Counted from the first letter of the stretch, positions 52,268 through 64,000 are shown. The stretch is 64,000 nucleotides of DNA from Trypanosoma brucei (GCA_000002445.1 CP000070.1:1504001-1568000), one strand, 5' to 3'. Notes: generated by a model from the sequence alone, not told the origin. Numbers and translations are program-made.

Positions 52268-53662
52268 ATGTCCACGCGGAAAGAGCCACCGAAGGTTCTT
52301 AAAGGCGCCGCCTATACGGAGTGCAGTCCCATATCTGATGTTTCTCATCACAAGGCTTCCGCAAGCAAGGCATTTCTGGAAAATCATTACCGTGGGATGT
52401 TGCGTGACACCCGAAGTGGAAACACCGCGCGCCCCGTTGGCCCTCGCCCGAGGGAACCATGTGTGGACGACTTTGTGCTCGTCAAACGCATCGGGAAGGG
52501 TGCTTTTGGTGAGGTGTACCTTTGCTATAAAAAATATGACAACGACAAACAGTTATATGCACTAAAGCGAATGCGCAAGACGGATATGATACGCAAGAAG
52601 CAGATTTCGCACGTTCGTTCGGAGAAGGATGTGATGGCCGAAGCGGCGTCCACAAATCCGTGGGTGGTGAAACTGTACCTCAGTTTCCAGGATGAACAAT
52701 ACTTATATATGGTGATGGAGTACATGCCAGGTGGTGATATGATCTCATGGTTGTGCATCAAACAGCGGTTTGACGTAGAGAGCACACGGTTTTATATTGC
52801 TGAGCTGTGCGCTGCGGTTGCAAGTGTTCATGACATGTTCTTCGTTCATCGTGATATCAAACCCGATAACATTCTTTTGGACGCCAAAGGGCACATCAAG
52901 CTAACTGACTTCGGGCTTTCCAAGCGTTTCGCAAAGGTAGGAGAGGAACTTCTTGACTTAGAGGAGGGCAACGACGCCTTGTGTAGTAGCAATAGCAGTG
53001 CAAACCTGTCAAATACCTGCGGTTCCACCTGCCAAGGGCCAAATTCCGTACCAGTCGTATCCCCCCACAACCCCCACTCACCCACTGCAAACTACAATAG
53101 TTTGACACCTGCCGGGTCTCATGCCTCCGCACATCCCCAGGCTCGTCGCATCTTTGAATCTATTGTTGGTAGTCCGGGTTACATCGCACCAGAGATTCTT
53201 CTGCGACAGCGATATGGTGTGAACTGTGATTGGTGGTCTGTTGGTGTTATCATGTATGAAATGCTTTACGGGATCCCACCCTTCTTTTCCAGTGACACGA
53301 GCTCCACCTGTCACAAAATAACACACTGGCGGGAGTACCTCACTTATCCATCAGATCGTGGCGTCCCACCGGAGGCGACAGATCTTTTGCGTCGCCTCAT
53401 GTGTGATCAGCGGGATCGTCTTGACTTTCAGGGCGTGAAGGAACATCCTTTCTTTAATGATATTGATTGGGAGCGATTGCGAGAGACTCCTCCGGCATTT
53501 GTTCCTGAATTATCAGACCCACTCGACACGCATTATTTCCCTGAAGTAGAAGATAATACACCGCAGCAACATCATCAGCGACCGGAGGAACGCAACGCCG
53601 TCAGGGAAGTGGATCCGCGGGGCGTGATATTTGCAGACTACAAATTCAACCTCAAACGGTAA
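52268..53662 (+). CDS. NDR/LATS-family AGC serine/threonine protein kinase
   Basis: Gly-loop GKGAFGEV, VAIK-like YALKRM, HRDIKPDNILLD, DFGLS, then a long insert between subdomains VII and VIII (characteristic of NDR kinases) before GSPGYIAPE. An AGC C-terminal extension follows (HPFFNDIDWERL, FxxY hydrophobic-motif-like FADYKF). Confidence 0.9.
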   Translation: MSTRKEPPKVLKGAAYTECSPISDVSHHKASASKAFLENHYRGMLRDTRSGNTARPVGPRPREPCVDDFVLVKRIGKGAFGEVYLCYKKYDNDKQLYALKRMRKTDMIRKKQISHVRSEKDVMAEAASTNPWVVKLYLSFQDEQYLYMVMEYMPGGDMISWLCIKQRFDVESTRFYIAELCAAVASVHDMFFVHRDIKPDNILLDAKGHIKLTDFGLSKRFAKVGEELLDLEEGNDALCSSNSSANLSNTCGSTCQGPNSVPVVSPHNPHSPTANYNSLTPAGSHASAHPQARRIFESIVGSPGYIAPEILLRQRYGVNCDWWSVGVIMYEMLYGIPPFFSSDTSSTCHKITHWREYLTYPSDRGVPPEATDLLRRLMCDQRDRLDFQGVKEHPFFNDIDWERLRETPPAFVPELSDPLDTHYFPEVEDNTPQQHHQRPEERNAVREVDPRGVIFADYKFNLKR

Positions 53663-53777
53663 CTGCTGTTTTTTTTTTAAGAAAAAGAAAGATAAGAAAA
53701 AAGAGAGGAAATAAATCAAGAGAAAAGTACAACGGCCCACGCTGCGCGTACATTTCGCATATGCATATGAAAGATGC

Positions 53778-53778
<1 letters not shown>

Positions 53779-53823
<45 letters not shown>
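53779..53823. repeat. Compound microsatellite (TA)n(TG)n
   Basis: tatatatatatatatatatatatgtgtgtgtgtgtgtgtgtgtg immediately downstream of the NDR kinase gene. Confidence 0.9.
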
Positions 53824-56631
53824 TACATCTGCTCATGGGCGTGATCACAGTAAAATGGGGGCAAAAATGTTAAAAGATGAATTAGAAACGAACCTTGTGA
53901 TACATGTTTATGATATTCATCATCATCTCCTTCTTCCCAGTGTGCGAAATCGATACTCCTTCGCGTTCCCTGTTTCATTTCTCCTCGTCACTCCCTTTTG
54001 ATTTTTTTTCGATTGTTTGTTTTTTGTTTGCTCTTTTTTTTTCCTTTTTGATGCGGTATGCACACACACACACACACGTACAAATGCTTGTAAATAAACT
54101 GAAAAAGAGAGAGAGATTTCATTTTTTTTTGTTTTATTATATCCTCTTCTTATTTCTCTTCCTTTTCTTTTTTCGCATTAAAGTCGTTGACAATATTATA
54201 ATGTGGCGGCAGAATGATGGCGATATTTAAATTGGTGAGAAGAAGCAGAAGGAAGTTGAGGTTGAGGTCATGTGGTACCGTTTCGATGTTCTCATTACTG
54301 TTTCTCTTATTTTTCCTTTTGCTTTTGTTTCAGCTTTAACTTCTTTTCGTTTTTGTTTTTGCATTTTAGTTTTCACGGGGATTTGGTTCGTTACAGCGTG
54401 TGTGAAAGGGGAGTGGGGGAAGTTGGAGGAGAAGCAATGCAGAGGAAAAAAAAAACTGAGAAGAGAGAAGAGAAACTGTTATTTGTGTTTTTTTTCCCAT
54501 CAACTGATCTCGTCTTATTTTTTTTAAATATTTTCCGTTGGTTTTTTTTGTTTTGTTTTTATTGAGGGAGGGAGCGAGAGAAGAGGGAAGTGCGGCGTTT
54601 GGGTACTTGCGTGTAGAGTTTTAGTGTGGTATAACCGAAGGGAGGGGGAAGGGAGAAGAAAAATCACAGTGGAACTTTTTTAGTGACGGAGAGCATTTTT
54701 CCAGGTATAAATATATATTAAAATATATTGAAATATATTTTTTTTAAAATATATATATAATAAATCAAATGTCCTCCTTTTAGTTTATTGATTTCCCCCC
54801 CCCTCCCTCTTCTGCATTACATTACACTACACTACGCTGCGCTGTCTCGCTTCATTTCCTTTGATGTGTTGTGTTGTGTTATGTTTTTTTTTAATCTTAT
54901 TAGTTTTTGTTTTTGTTACTTTAAACACCGATAAAAATATGTTTGGTGTTGGATGATGAGCTGCAAGAAGAGAGAGAGAGTAGCGATTACCGCCACCTCA
55001 ATTTTCTCCCTTGCGTAATGTATTAGAGACATAAGTTCATGGACTTTTATATTTTGTTACGTGTAAATAGGTTTCGCTTTATGTGTTGGTTTTTTTTTGT
55101 TTTTCTTGCTTTTTTTCTTTTTTTCTTTTTTTTCCCCTCTTGATTTGCATGTCCCATGTGATATGGCGGGAAGGGAAGGGTAGCAACGTTATTAAATTAA
55201 AATAAGTGAACAAATGAATGTATAAGCGGAGAGTAAAAGCAAAAAAGAGAAAAAAAAGAAAAATAGTAATGAGTACAAAAGAGATGCAGGGAAAAGAAAC
55301 AGGGGCGGATGATAATAATAATAATAATAAAGGTTGTTTTAATGTTGTGGGTGTGTTGTTACTGTTGTTTCACTTTCCTTTTCTGTATTTTCCTTTCAGA
55401 GATTCTCCCCTTCAACCCGTCGCTCATTCAGTTATGATTCGCGGTTTGGTTTTAGCGCGTGTGTTTATTTTCATCACATCTGAATGTTTCTCTTTTTTTT
55501 CCTTTTCTTTTTCCTTTTCTTTTTTTTGTGCTGATTAGCTGTTGCTGACGCGGTTGATGAAAGATACGAGGTTTCGTTGGGTTTTTTTTGTGATCCGGTT
55601 TCAAAGCGGGGTCTTTACAGTGTTTAAAGGCTGTTGTTTTATTGTCTTCAGTCTCTTCTTTTCAACCAAAACAAAAAAAAGAAATTATATTTGGAAAATG
55701 AAAGGAAAGAAAAGGAAGAAAGAAATTATTTGATGATGGTGTAATAACAATTACAGTAATAATAAATCGAAAGTAAAGGAACCTCCCTTCTTTTTCGTAT
55801 TGTTGTTGTTGTCGTCGTTGTTTCTTGCTGTTGTTCCCTTCCAATTTCCTTTTTTTTTTTTGTTTTCTATTTGTTCTTTTTTTTAAAAAAAAAAAAAGAA
55901 AAAAAACTTGTGCTCTACTCTCAGAATGTCCAGTTACTTGTCCCTTCACCCCCACTTTTCTCTATTTTAAACCGGGGGGATTCTCATCGGCGTCTATTTC
56001 TTATTGTTGTTGTTGTTATTGTTGGTGTTTGTTTGTTTGTTTTTTCTTGTTTCTTCCTCCCTCTTTTACTGATAGGCGTTCCATTATTACATCACTTCTA
56101 CTTTGTTTCATTATTAAAACGACGCAACATGAAGTAACAAAAAGTTAAGTTGAGAAAAATTTGGTGCTTATTATCATTATTATTATTATTATTTTCCTGT
56201 TCATGTCTCTCAAAATACAATATGAACTTGCAACACTTTTTTTTTAATTTATTTCTCTCTTCTTTCTTTTTGTTGTTTTTGTTTGTTTGTTTGTTTGTTT
56301 TTGGTGGCGGTGGTGGGGCGGGATTGTGACTCGCCGAAAGACTTGTCACAAATTCCAAAAACAATTCGGAAGCTTTAGGTTTTTGTGCAATAGTTACATA
56401 ACCGCAAAACACTCAGCCATTTATTTATTTATTTCTTGTATTGAAAGTTGTATCATCATTGGTAGACGAGACGAGTTGAGTGTTATTACAATTAAGGACC
56501 GTAAAGAAAAAAAAAAGAAGAAAATAAATTTCAAAAGCAACACTTGGCGAGAAGAAGCATTTAAACCTTAGGAAATTTTATACCTTCGGACGAATCTTTT
56601 TTTTTAAATAAAAAAGAAGAAAACAGAGAAT

Positions 56632-57087
56632 ATGATATCACTACATTTGTCCTCGCACTCACTAATGCATGTGCTACTTTCATTCCTGCTGTTATGTTCT
56701 GGAGTTGTTATGGGATATTATGCAGATGTGGATTATGAAGTGCCATCACGTGTTGTGCAGCTCACTGATGCGACATTTGACACAATTGTGATGGATCCCA
56801 CAAAAGATGTATTTGTTTTGTATTGCGTGACGTGGTCCCGTCATTGCCGCTCTGCTGTAAAATTATGGGCGGATCTTTCCATAAGTCAATTTAAACGACC
56901 CACCGCTGATACATTTGTGGCTGCATTAATTGACGCGGAGGCATTTCCCGAAACGGCGAAGCGTATGGGCGTAAAAAGTTACCCAACAATGTTATTTTAT
57001 ACCCGTTTAGAAAAGGCAACACCACTGGAGTATAATGGACAGGGCCTCCTTCCATTACTGGACAGTTTTGTCTTTCAAAACTCATAA
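56632..57087 (+). CDS. Secretory thioredoxin-fold protein with a degenerate active site (WSRHC instead of WCGHC); 151 aa
   Basis: ATG at 56632. The N-terminal signal peptide is [28 protein letters not shown]. The thioredoxin-like core is [20 protein letters not shown] with the cis-Pro motif KSYPTMLFY. The first active-site Cys is replaced by Ser. Confidence 0.6.
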   Translation: MISLHLSSHSLMHVLLSFLLLCSGVVMGYYADVDYEVPSRVVQLTDATFDTIVMDPTKDVFVLYCVTWSRHCRSAVKLWADLSISQFKRPTADTFVAALIDAEAFPETAKRMGVKSYPTMLFYTRLEKATPLEYNGQGLLPLLDSFVFQNS

Positions 57088-57543
57088 AATTGTAAGAGGG
57101 GATGGAGGAGGAAAAGAGTTACCATTTGAAATCAATGAATCAGTTAAAGTTAGCGAAGGTAAGAGAAGGACTGTGAAGAATTTCAAAAAAACACACACAC
57201 ACATAACTATAAATAAATAAAATAATAATAATAATAAGCTTTACGGAAGTACCGAGTGAGCATCGTAAGTTGAGGAAACCGTAAAACACTCCTACGTAAT
57301 CAAACTCTTATATATATATATATATATGTGGGTGGGTCCGTCCGTTTTTCATAGTGTGTACCGTATGAGTGCCCTTTTTGTGTTTAGTTGATCAATTTTT
57401 TTATTTTTTATTTTGATTCCATGCAAAACTGTATGCGGAGCAATTTCATCGTTAAAATATTCACCACGGAGCAAACAAACGGATTTATACTTATGTACAT
57501 GTTAGTGTTCTTAATTCGTATTTGTATTACGTGCTTCACCGTG

Positions 57544-57575
57544 TTTATTTCTTTATTTCTTTATTTCTTTATTTC
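57544..57575. repeat. (TTTATTTC)4 octanucleotide tandem repeat
   Basis: Four exact units read directly from the sequence. Confidence 0.9.
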
Positions 57576-58539
57576 TTTTACTCTTTTGGGGCGGCATTCA
57601 ACACTTCTTCCTTTCTTATGTTCCTTTAACTCCTTTCCGAATATTAACGTCTGAAAGTGTGGAAGTGGAAGGAGGGACAATGACATCAAAAATACATGAA
57701 AATAAACAATATATTTATATTTATTTACAAGTGGGGAAGCGTCTATTGCGAAGGGGAAAAAATAAATAAATAAAATAAATTGCTTCATTTGAAGCAACGG
57801 GGGGGGGAAAAAAACGATAAAAATGTGTTAGTGCCGTCACCCGGACGGTTTCACTATTTTTTTTTGTTATGTGCTTCTGTTTCGGTAATAATGAGTTGTA
57901 TATTTTATTTTAAATTTTATTCTTGCAAAGAGAAGGAAGGTTTTCAAAATAACAGATAAAATATTTAAATTTATTTGTTTCATGTTTGCTTATTTGTGTT
58001 TTCCTCTCGTAAAGTTGAAGCTTTTGTGTCCTCACTGGCTTGAGGCGCTTCAACGCAAAGTATTAGTCATTTTTTTTACCCCCCTCTTTCATTGTTAAGT
58101 TGCTTAGGTTTCTTTTTTTTTTTTGTATATATATATATATATATATACATTTCAGAAAATTGTAAGTTACGTTGAGTCTTCACTTAAACTATTTCTTTTT
58201 CTTCCTTTCCTTTCCTTTCCTTTTGCGGATATTTTTCCACTTGTATTTTATATTGGTGGTTATTGTATGTGAAATCAAAAGTGAAGTTTATCAATCAGCT
58301 ACACTACACAGAAAATATCAACAGCAACATTCAAACAGGCTAAAAGGGCAGAAAGAAAATAAAAAAGGCATTACTTGAAAAAGTTCTAAATACAGAAAAA
58401 AGAAAAGGGTAATAATAATAATAATAGTAATAGTAATAATAATAGTAATACTATTACAACTAATAGTAACAATAACATCCACAAGAGCCCGATTTTTATT
58501 TGAAGGGAAGGCAAAAAACAAAAACAAAAACAAAAAAAG

Positions 58540-58947
58540 ATGAGGAACTCATTTGCACTTCTGCTTTTATCTGTTGCCATCGCTTTTGTTACTGTTGGCT
58601 CATTTGCTGATGAGGCGAAGGATTCCGTGGAGTTAACTCCTGATAATTTTGATAAGGTGGCGTTGGATACGGAGAAACATGTGTTTGTAATGTTTTATGC
58701 GCCATGGTGTGGACATTGCAAACGTCTTAAACCCAAATGGGAGGAACTCGCTAAAGAAATGAAAGATGAGACATCGGTGGTTATTGCTCGATTGGATGCT
58801 GACAAGCACCGCAATGTGGCGGAGCGTTTTGATGTTCGCGGGTACCCGACACTTCTGCTTTTTGCTCGAAGTAAAAAAGAAGGCCTCCGCTACGAAGGAG
58901 CCCGTGATGTGGCAGCACTGAAGGAATTTGTTAAAAGCAACATGTGA
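58540..58947 (+). CDS. Secretory thioredoxin / protein-disulfide-isomerase-like single-domain protein (135 aa) with canonical CGHC active site
   Basis: The signal peptide is MRNSFALLLLSVAIAFVTVGSFA. PDI a-domain motifs are LTPDNFDKVALDTEKHVFVMFYAPWCGHCKRLKPKWEELA and the cis-Pro motif RGYPTLLLF. Confidence 0.8.
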   Translation: MRNSFALLLLSVAIAFVTVGSFADEAKDSVELTPDNFDKVALDTEKHVFVMFYAPWCGHCKRLKPKWEELAKEMKDETSVVIARLDADKHRNVAERFDVRGYPTLLLFARSKKEGLRYEGARDVAALKEFVKSNM

Positions 58948-59580
58948 TGAAAATGAGCCTCATGATTTTTGATAGATAGGAGGCAAGTCTTATTTTATTT
59001 ATTTATTTATTTTCTTTCCTTGTTATTATTACTATCATTATTATTATTATTACTATTACTATTACTATTAAAGGAAACAGAAATAAAAAAGGAGTGAAAT
59101 AGAAAAAAAAAAAGGCGTAAGAAGATGAAGAGGATGAAGGGGGCAAGGGGAGGTTTTGAGGGGGGGAGGAAATAAACAAATAAATAAATTAAGGCGAATT
59201 TGAGATGAAAATGGTGGAATATGGAGGGTTATGCGTCCGCGAATGGGTGAATATGAGCAAATGAGGCAAAAGAAAAGAAAAGAAACAGATGGATAAATAA
59301 ATGAAAGAGGTAGATTCCTTTTTTTTAATATATATATATATATATATGTATGTTGTGTTTCCCTCTTTTTTTCAGTGTTTATGTTCTTTTTTTTTTTTTC
59401 CTTCGCTGTTGTGTTTGCTTCGGTGATTGGTTTTATTTTTCGTTTTGTTTTTGTTTTTATTTTTATTTTATACCACACACTCATACAACTTTTTTTTTTG
59501 TTTTTGCCGTTCATTCGTTTCTTTGTTCCCTTTTTTTTTTTTTGGTACTTCTCCGTTTGGTTGCGTGTGGGTGTGTGTGT

Positions 59581-59592
59581 GGGGGGGGGGGG
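59581..59592. repeat. Homopolymer G12
   Basis: gggggggggggg directly read, flanked by (TG)n-like gtgtgtgtgtgt. Confidence 0.9.
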
Positions 59593-60370
59593 CGTCTCAT
59601 TTATATTTTATTTTTTAGTTTCATGCGCTTTTTTTTCTTTTTTTTTTCATTATTATTTCGCCATTTTGCATTTGCTTTCGTTTTTTTTTTATGTTTTGCT
59701 TCTCATTTTTTTGTTTATGTTTTTTATTAATTTTTTTTTATGAAAGGAAGGAAAGTGAGGGGGGATGTAAACAGAAACAAGTAATGCATATGGTAAAAGT
59801 AATGAAATTAAGAGGGAAAAAAAATAAATAAATAACGGAAGGAGCAAAAAAAAAAAGAGGGGAGGATGAAACAATGATGACATGAATGAGAAGAGTGATT
59901 ATGTGGGAAAATAAGAATCAAAAACGAAAAAAAAATTTTAAGAAAAAAAAAGAAGGTGAAAAGAAAAAGGACTAAATTGAATTGAACTGAATTGGATGGA
60001 AGGGTGGAGTTTAATATTGTTTTCACGCAAACGTGCTGGAAAACCTCATCTAAAAGGGAAGCTTCCAAACCTAATATATAAATATATATAAAGAAAGAGG
60101 CGAAAAGTCAAAATGGTGTGTGTTCGGAAGAGGAAAAAGAAAAAAAAACAGAATTAAAAAATTGCGTTTTTGCCGCCCATCCGTCTCCTTTTATATCCCC
60201 TCTTTTTATTTTTCCTCTTCCTCATATTCCTCACTTCGTTTGCCAAATTGCGAGAATTTTTTTTTTGAAAAAAAAAAGAAAGAGAATGAGTGCGGTAATT
60301 TATATATTTCATCATGATTCTCTCGTAACATGATGTTGATATTGATTCCTATAATTAGGGTATGTCGGCA

Positions 60371-60373
<3 letters not shown>

Positions 60374-60401
<28 letters not shown>
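60374..60401. repeat. (AT)n dinucleotide microsatellite (~14 units)
   Basis: atatatatatatatatatatatatatat. This is one of more than 12 (TA)n tracts in the window (others at ~10082-10109, 12406-12423, 16172-16189, 29637-29652, 39139-39156, 50860-50879, 57309-57326, 58126-58147, 59329-59347, 61363-61382). Confidence 0.9.
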
Positions 60402-60404
<3 letters not shown>

Positions 60405-60802
60405 CTATGTATAAATATATTCTTATTTCTTCTTATTCCCCTTATTATCACCATTGTTATTATTACAACATATGATCTCACAAACGTAGTGAAGTGTGGC
60501 AGCGGGGGGAGCACCAACTTAAAAGAAAAAAACAAAAAAGGGAAGAAAAAAAACAGCAACAACAACAGCATTAGTACGGAAGGACAGCAAATTTCTTATT
60601 ATTTTTTTTTAAAAAAAGGGACAAGAATAGGTGACCATCATACCAAAAGTATATACGCGAAGGGAAACATTTAAGGGGAGAGCAGAAAACCACGCAAACA
60701 AGTAAATTAAAAAATAAAACAGACAAACAAACAAACAAAAAAAGAAAACGACAAGAAAAGTTGTGGTAAAAAACAAAAAAAACAAGAAGTAAAGAGGAGG
60801 AA

Positions 60803-61315
60803 ATGGCATATAGCGACTATAACAAACAGGAAGCATCGACGGAAACATCTCATAACGATTATTATGAACAATGTTATGGAGATGCGGCATTTGATTATCA
60901 TGAAGAAGTTGGTGAGGCGATAGCGGAGGAGATTCGAATTAATATGGGTCGCCGTAATGTTAAGGCATATGTAGTTCATAATGATGATCAATATAATGTC
61001 TATCGCACCCAACCGGAACGTTCACACATGCGAAGTACCATTTGTATGGATCATCACATTCAAGCTCGTGAGGAGAGCGCCTTGCCAGCAGTTAATCATC
61101 GCTTAGCGACAGATGTTTTGGGACGTGGGGCCCATCGCAGCTTAATTTGTCGTCCATTGGACCGTCACGGCTTCCAAACAGCAGTTTCCTCTCCAACATG
61201 TCTCATATTACCAAATATCGGCGCATGCAACCGAAGCCCGACATATCCACAAAATTATCAACATAACGGAAGGGACAACTTCATGCTTCCAGTCATTACA
61301 ATGCGAAAAAGATGA
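60803..61315 (+). CDS. Hypothetical protein (170 aa); weakly supported
   Basis: ATG-initiated ORF with a non-repetitive, non-low-complexity translation inside an otherwise AT-rich repeat-dense tract. No recognisable motif. Confidence 0.3.
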   Translation: MAYSDYNKQEASTETSHNDYYEQCYGDAAFDYHEEVGEAIAEEIRINMGRRNVKAYVVHNDDQYNVYRTQPERSHMRSTICMDHHIQAREESALPAVNHRLATDVLGRGAHRSLICRPLDRHGFQTAVSSPTCLILPNIGACNRSPTYPQNYQHNGRDNFMLPVITMRKR

Positions 61316-61508
61316 TGCATAATGATGGAAGAATAGTAGACAAAAAATAATAGTATACCTCATATATATATATATATATATATTTATTTATATTTATATA
61401 TTTTTATATATTAATAAGGGAGTTTCATTATTTATTGTTGTTTTATTTGTTATTGTTGTTGTTGTTTTATGCGGAGGTGGAGGAAGGGAAATTTTTCCAT
61501 TTAATAAA

Positions 61509-61531
61509 ACACACACACACACACACACACA
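61509..61531. repeat. (AC)n dinucleotide microsatellite
   Basis: acacacacacacacacacacac directly read. Confidence 0.9.
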
Positions 61532-64000
61532 AAGGAAATGGGAATAAAACAAATCAAAACAAACAAACAAATTGGTTGTGGATGCAGCGATCAGTGAGTT
61601 GGTTTGTGGAATATATGGAAATGTGTAAGGAGAGGAATCCAAGGGAAATTTATAAACTCGTATAAATCGCATGTGTCCGCTTATTTATATATTTATGAAC
61701 TCGTATTTATATTTGTGTTTTTATTCCTCTCTTTTTTAAACAGAACTTCCACATCTGCTCGTAACTTCTCGGGAAAAAATCTAAAAAAAAAAGTAAAAAA
61801 AGTAGAAGGGGCTCTTTTGTTTTTTTTTGTTTGACTTAACACCTTCTGTTCCTCACTACCTTTATTTTTGTTTGATCAGTTTTTGACGGAGTAAAAAAAA
61901 AAAGAAAAAGAAAACAAATGGAAGAAATTTTTTTCGTGTTCACGTTCGTTAAATAGTTTGTTATGTGTGTGTGTGTGTGTGTTGATGTTGTGTTTTCCAT
62001 CTAACTTCCATCTTGCGCTCCAAAATCAATTTTTATTATTATCATGCTGCAATCAAAAGAAAGAAAAAGAGGAGGAAATGCTTTTGTTTTGTTGTAATTA
62101 TCATAATTATTACCATTATTATCAGTATTTTTCGTTGTTGCTGTTGCCAGAAGTTGGTTGTGGATTTGTTGTTACGTTATTATTTGATTTAACGTAAAAA
62201 AAAAAAAATCCCGCTTACACAAACACACAAAATATACGGGTGTTTAATCTCCTCATTTTTTTTTCTGAGGGAGTTGTTTTTGCACAACCCCTCTTTTACG
62301 CTTCCACCGTATTAAAAAAAGAAAAAGAAAAAATTAAAGTTGAAGTTAATGCTAAAGTTGAAAAGGAGCCAATTGTTATTATATTTAAAAAATACATATT
62401 ACTAGTATTATTATTATTATTAAAAGCAGGAAGTCACACACGTGTTTTATTGCGTGGGGAAAGTCATGAAGGAAGATAGGACGGTGTGTTTGTGTGTGTG
62501 TTTTTTTTTGGGGGGGGGGAGGGAGAAGGGTGTATTTTAGACATGTGCATTTGTGATTTATATATAAACGAATTAATAGGCAAGAACTACTGACAACTCA
62601 AAATAAATTGAAGAATAATTAAGTATAAATAATATATATATATATGTTTATATTTCTTAATATTTGGGTAGTGGCAATACACACGCCTTAAAGGAATAAA
62701 GCAGAAAACAAAAAAAAGACATTTAACTCCACCTTTTTTTTCTTTTTTCTTTTTTCTTTTCCTTTCTTCCTTCTCTCTCTTTCGCTCCGTGATGGCCTAC
62801 TCTCCCCGTAATTTGTGTATGTGCCTCTATAATAAATAAATGCAAATATATTTCCATTATTTCTGTTTCTCTCCACGCGTATGTTTGGCTATTTCATAAA
62901 CTTCATACCTTTCTCTCTTAATTATCAGCAGGGCGCAACCTTCAGGATTGGTTTCGTTGTATGTTTTTTTTTTGTTATGTGGTTTTCCTTTTCATAACTT
63001 TGTTGTACATGTTGTAGATGAGATGCAAATGTGATTGAAGGATGTGAAGAAACACAGCGTTTGAACACACTTTCAAGTTTCTTTGTAATTCCATTTCCAT
63101 TCTGCTTTTTAATAATTATTGTTATTCTAATAATTACTATTATTATCATTATCTGTGTATGTGTTTTTGCATGTTTTTTGTTCGGGCATTTTCATACGGT
63201 TTCTTTTCTTTTTTTTTTCTGATTTTAATTTATATATTTTTGATCCCCTTTTCTATACCGCTGATCTTTACGAGTGTCATCAGCGCCGCTGCATTGTTTT
63301 TTCCTATGCTTTTTCCTTTGTCAATGTGACCTTACGAATATAATAATAATAACAATATTAAAAATAATGATAAATTAAGTACATAACTTTGTTGTCACTT
63401 CTCTCGTTTTGCCTCTCCCCTCCCCTTTTGCGCTTCATTACCATGTTGCGTCAGTTTAATTTATTATATCATTTCTTTTTCGTTTTGCTTAATTTTTATT
63501 ATGAAAAAAGGAAAAATTTTCCTGATTTTGTAATGGCTTCTCCTCCCCTCTCTTCTTTTAACATCCGTCCAATCAATGCGAGGGGGAAAAAAGTATAAGC
63601 AAATATATAATGTATGCTTGTACACGAAAGGAAAAGAAAACACAATACCGCAGTTTTCAACATAATCCTCCACTTGTCTACATAAAACACAAGCACACAC
63701 GTGCCGTTTCTCTCTATTTCTTTTTTTTCTTATTTATTTATATTATATTTTGTATCTTTATTGTACCCGAACCTTTACTTATTTCTGGCTTTAACTCATT
63801 TGTTTCATTATTCCTTTCTGTTTCTTTCTATCTTTCTTTTTTCCCCCTTTCAACTCCTCCTCCTACTCCTCCTGTTCTTCTTCATTTTCACCTTTATTTA
63901 TCTATACCAAAACGGAGGCGGTTAATCAACTTTTTTTACACGTTTCATGTCATAAATATTTTTTAAAATATATATATATTTATTTTTGGGAGGGTGCAAC

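Noticed and set aside
59350-59743. Track ORFs translating Phe/Leu/Cys-rich proteins in the 53.7-64 kb tract (e.g. 59350-59730, 59375-59743, 55825-56148, 54272-54565, 11308-11736, 25847-26410)
   Set aside because: These are translations of oligo-pyrimidine/low-complexity DNA (poly-Phe/Leu) and overlap each other in different frames. They are not credible genes.
1-64000. CRISPR arrays, restriction-modification or other prokaryotic defence loci; retroelements (ingi/RIME/SLACS), RHS or VSG-like genes
   Set aside because: No direct-repeat/spacer arrays, no reverse-transcriptase or endonuclease ORFs, and no RHS/VSG-like sequence recognised. The tandem repeats present are simple microsatellites.

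Overview
This window reads as a kinetoplastid (Trypanosoma-like, probably T. brucei-group) nuclear chromosome segment rather than a prokaryotic locus. Every credible gene lies on the + strand, which fits a single polycistronic transcription unit. Long ATG-initiated ORFs (up to ~1650 aa) show no sign of introns. They are separated by 0.4-3 kb spacers that are pyrimidine-rich, as trans-splicing polypyrimidine tracts are, and full of (TA)n, (CA)n and (TG)n microsatellites and poly-G/C runs. About 24 protein-coding genes can be supported. They include a kinesin, an NDR-family AGC kinase, a deoxyribose-phosphate aldolase, an AlkB-like 2OG-Fe(II) dioxygenase, NTF2, a SET+MYND (SMYD-like) protein and a G-patch protein. 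Also present are a dually acylated LRR protein, two secretory thioredoxin-fold proteins, coiled-coil proteins and several large orphan proteins. The most interesting calls are four. One is a WD40 propeller fused to a W-periodic Sfi1-like centrin-binding repeat array. One is an FHA plus tandem-BRCT protein. One is a protein with a mitochondrial-type presequence and four tandem CxxC...CPxC zinc-ribbon modules. One is a 1645-aa protein ending in a DUF3883 / PD-(D/E)xK-like module. A textbook C/D-box snoRNA arrangement (C, D', C', D) sits in a spacer at ~32.93-33.02 kb. The last ~10 kb (53.7-64 kb) is a gene-poor, AT-rich, microsatellite-dense tract containing only small ORFs. I see no CRISPR array, no tRNA or rRNA gene and no recognisable retroelement (ingi/RIME/SLACS/RHS-like). 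Several ORF-track starts use TTG/GTG, so I moved those to the first downstream ATG.
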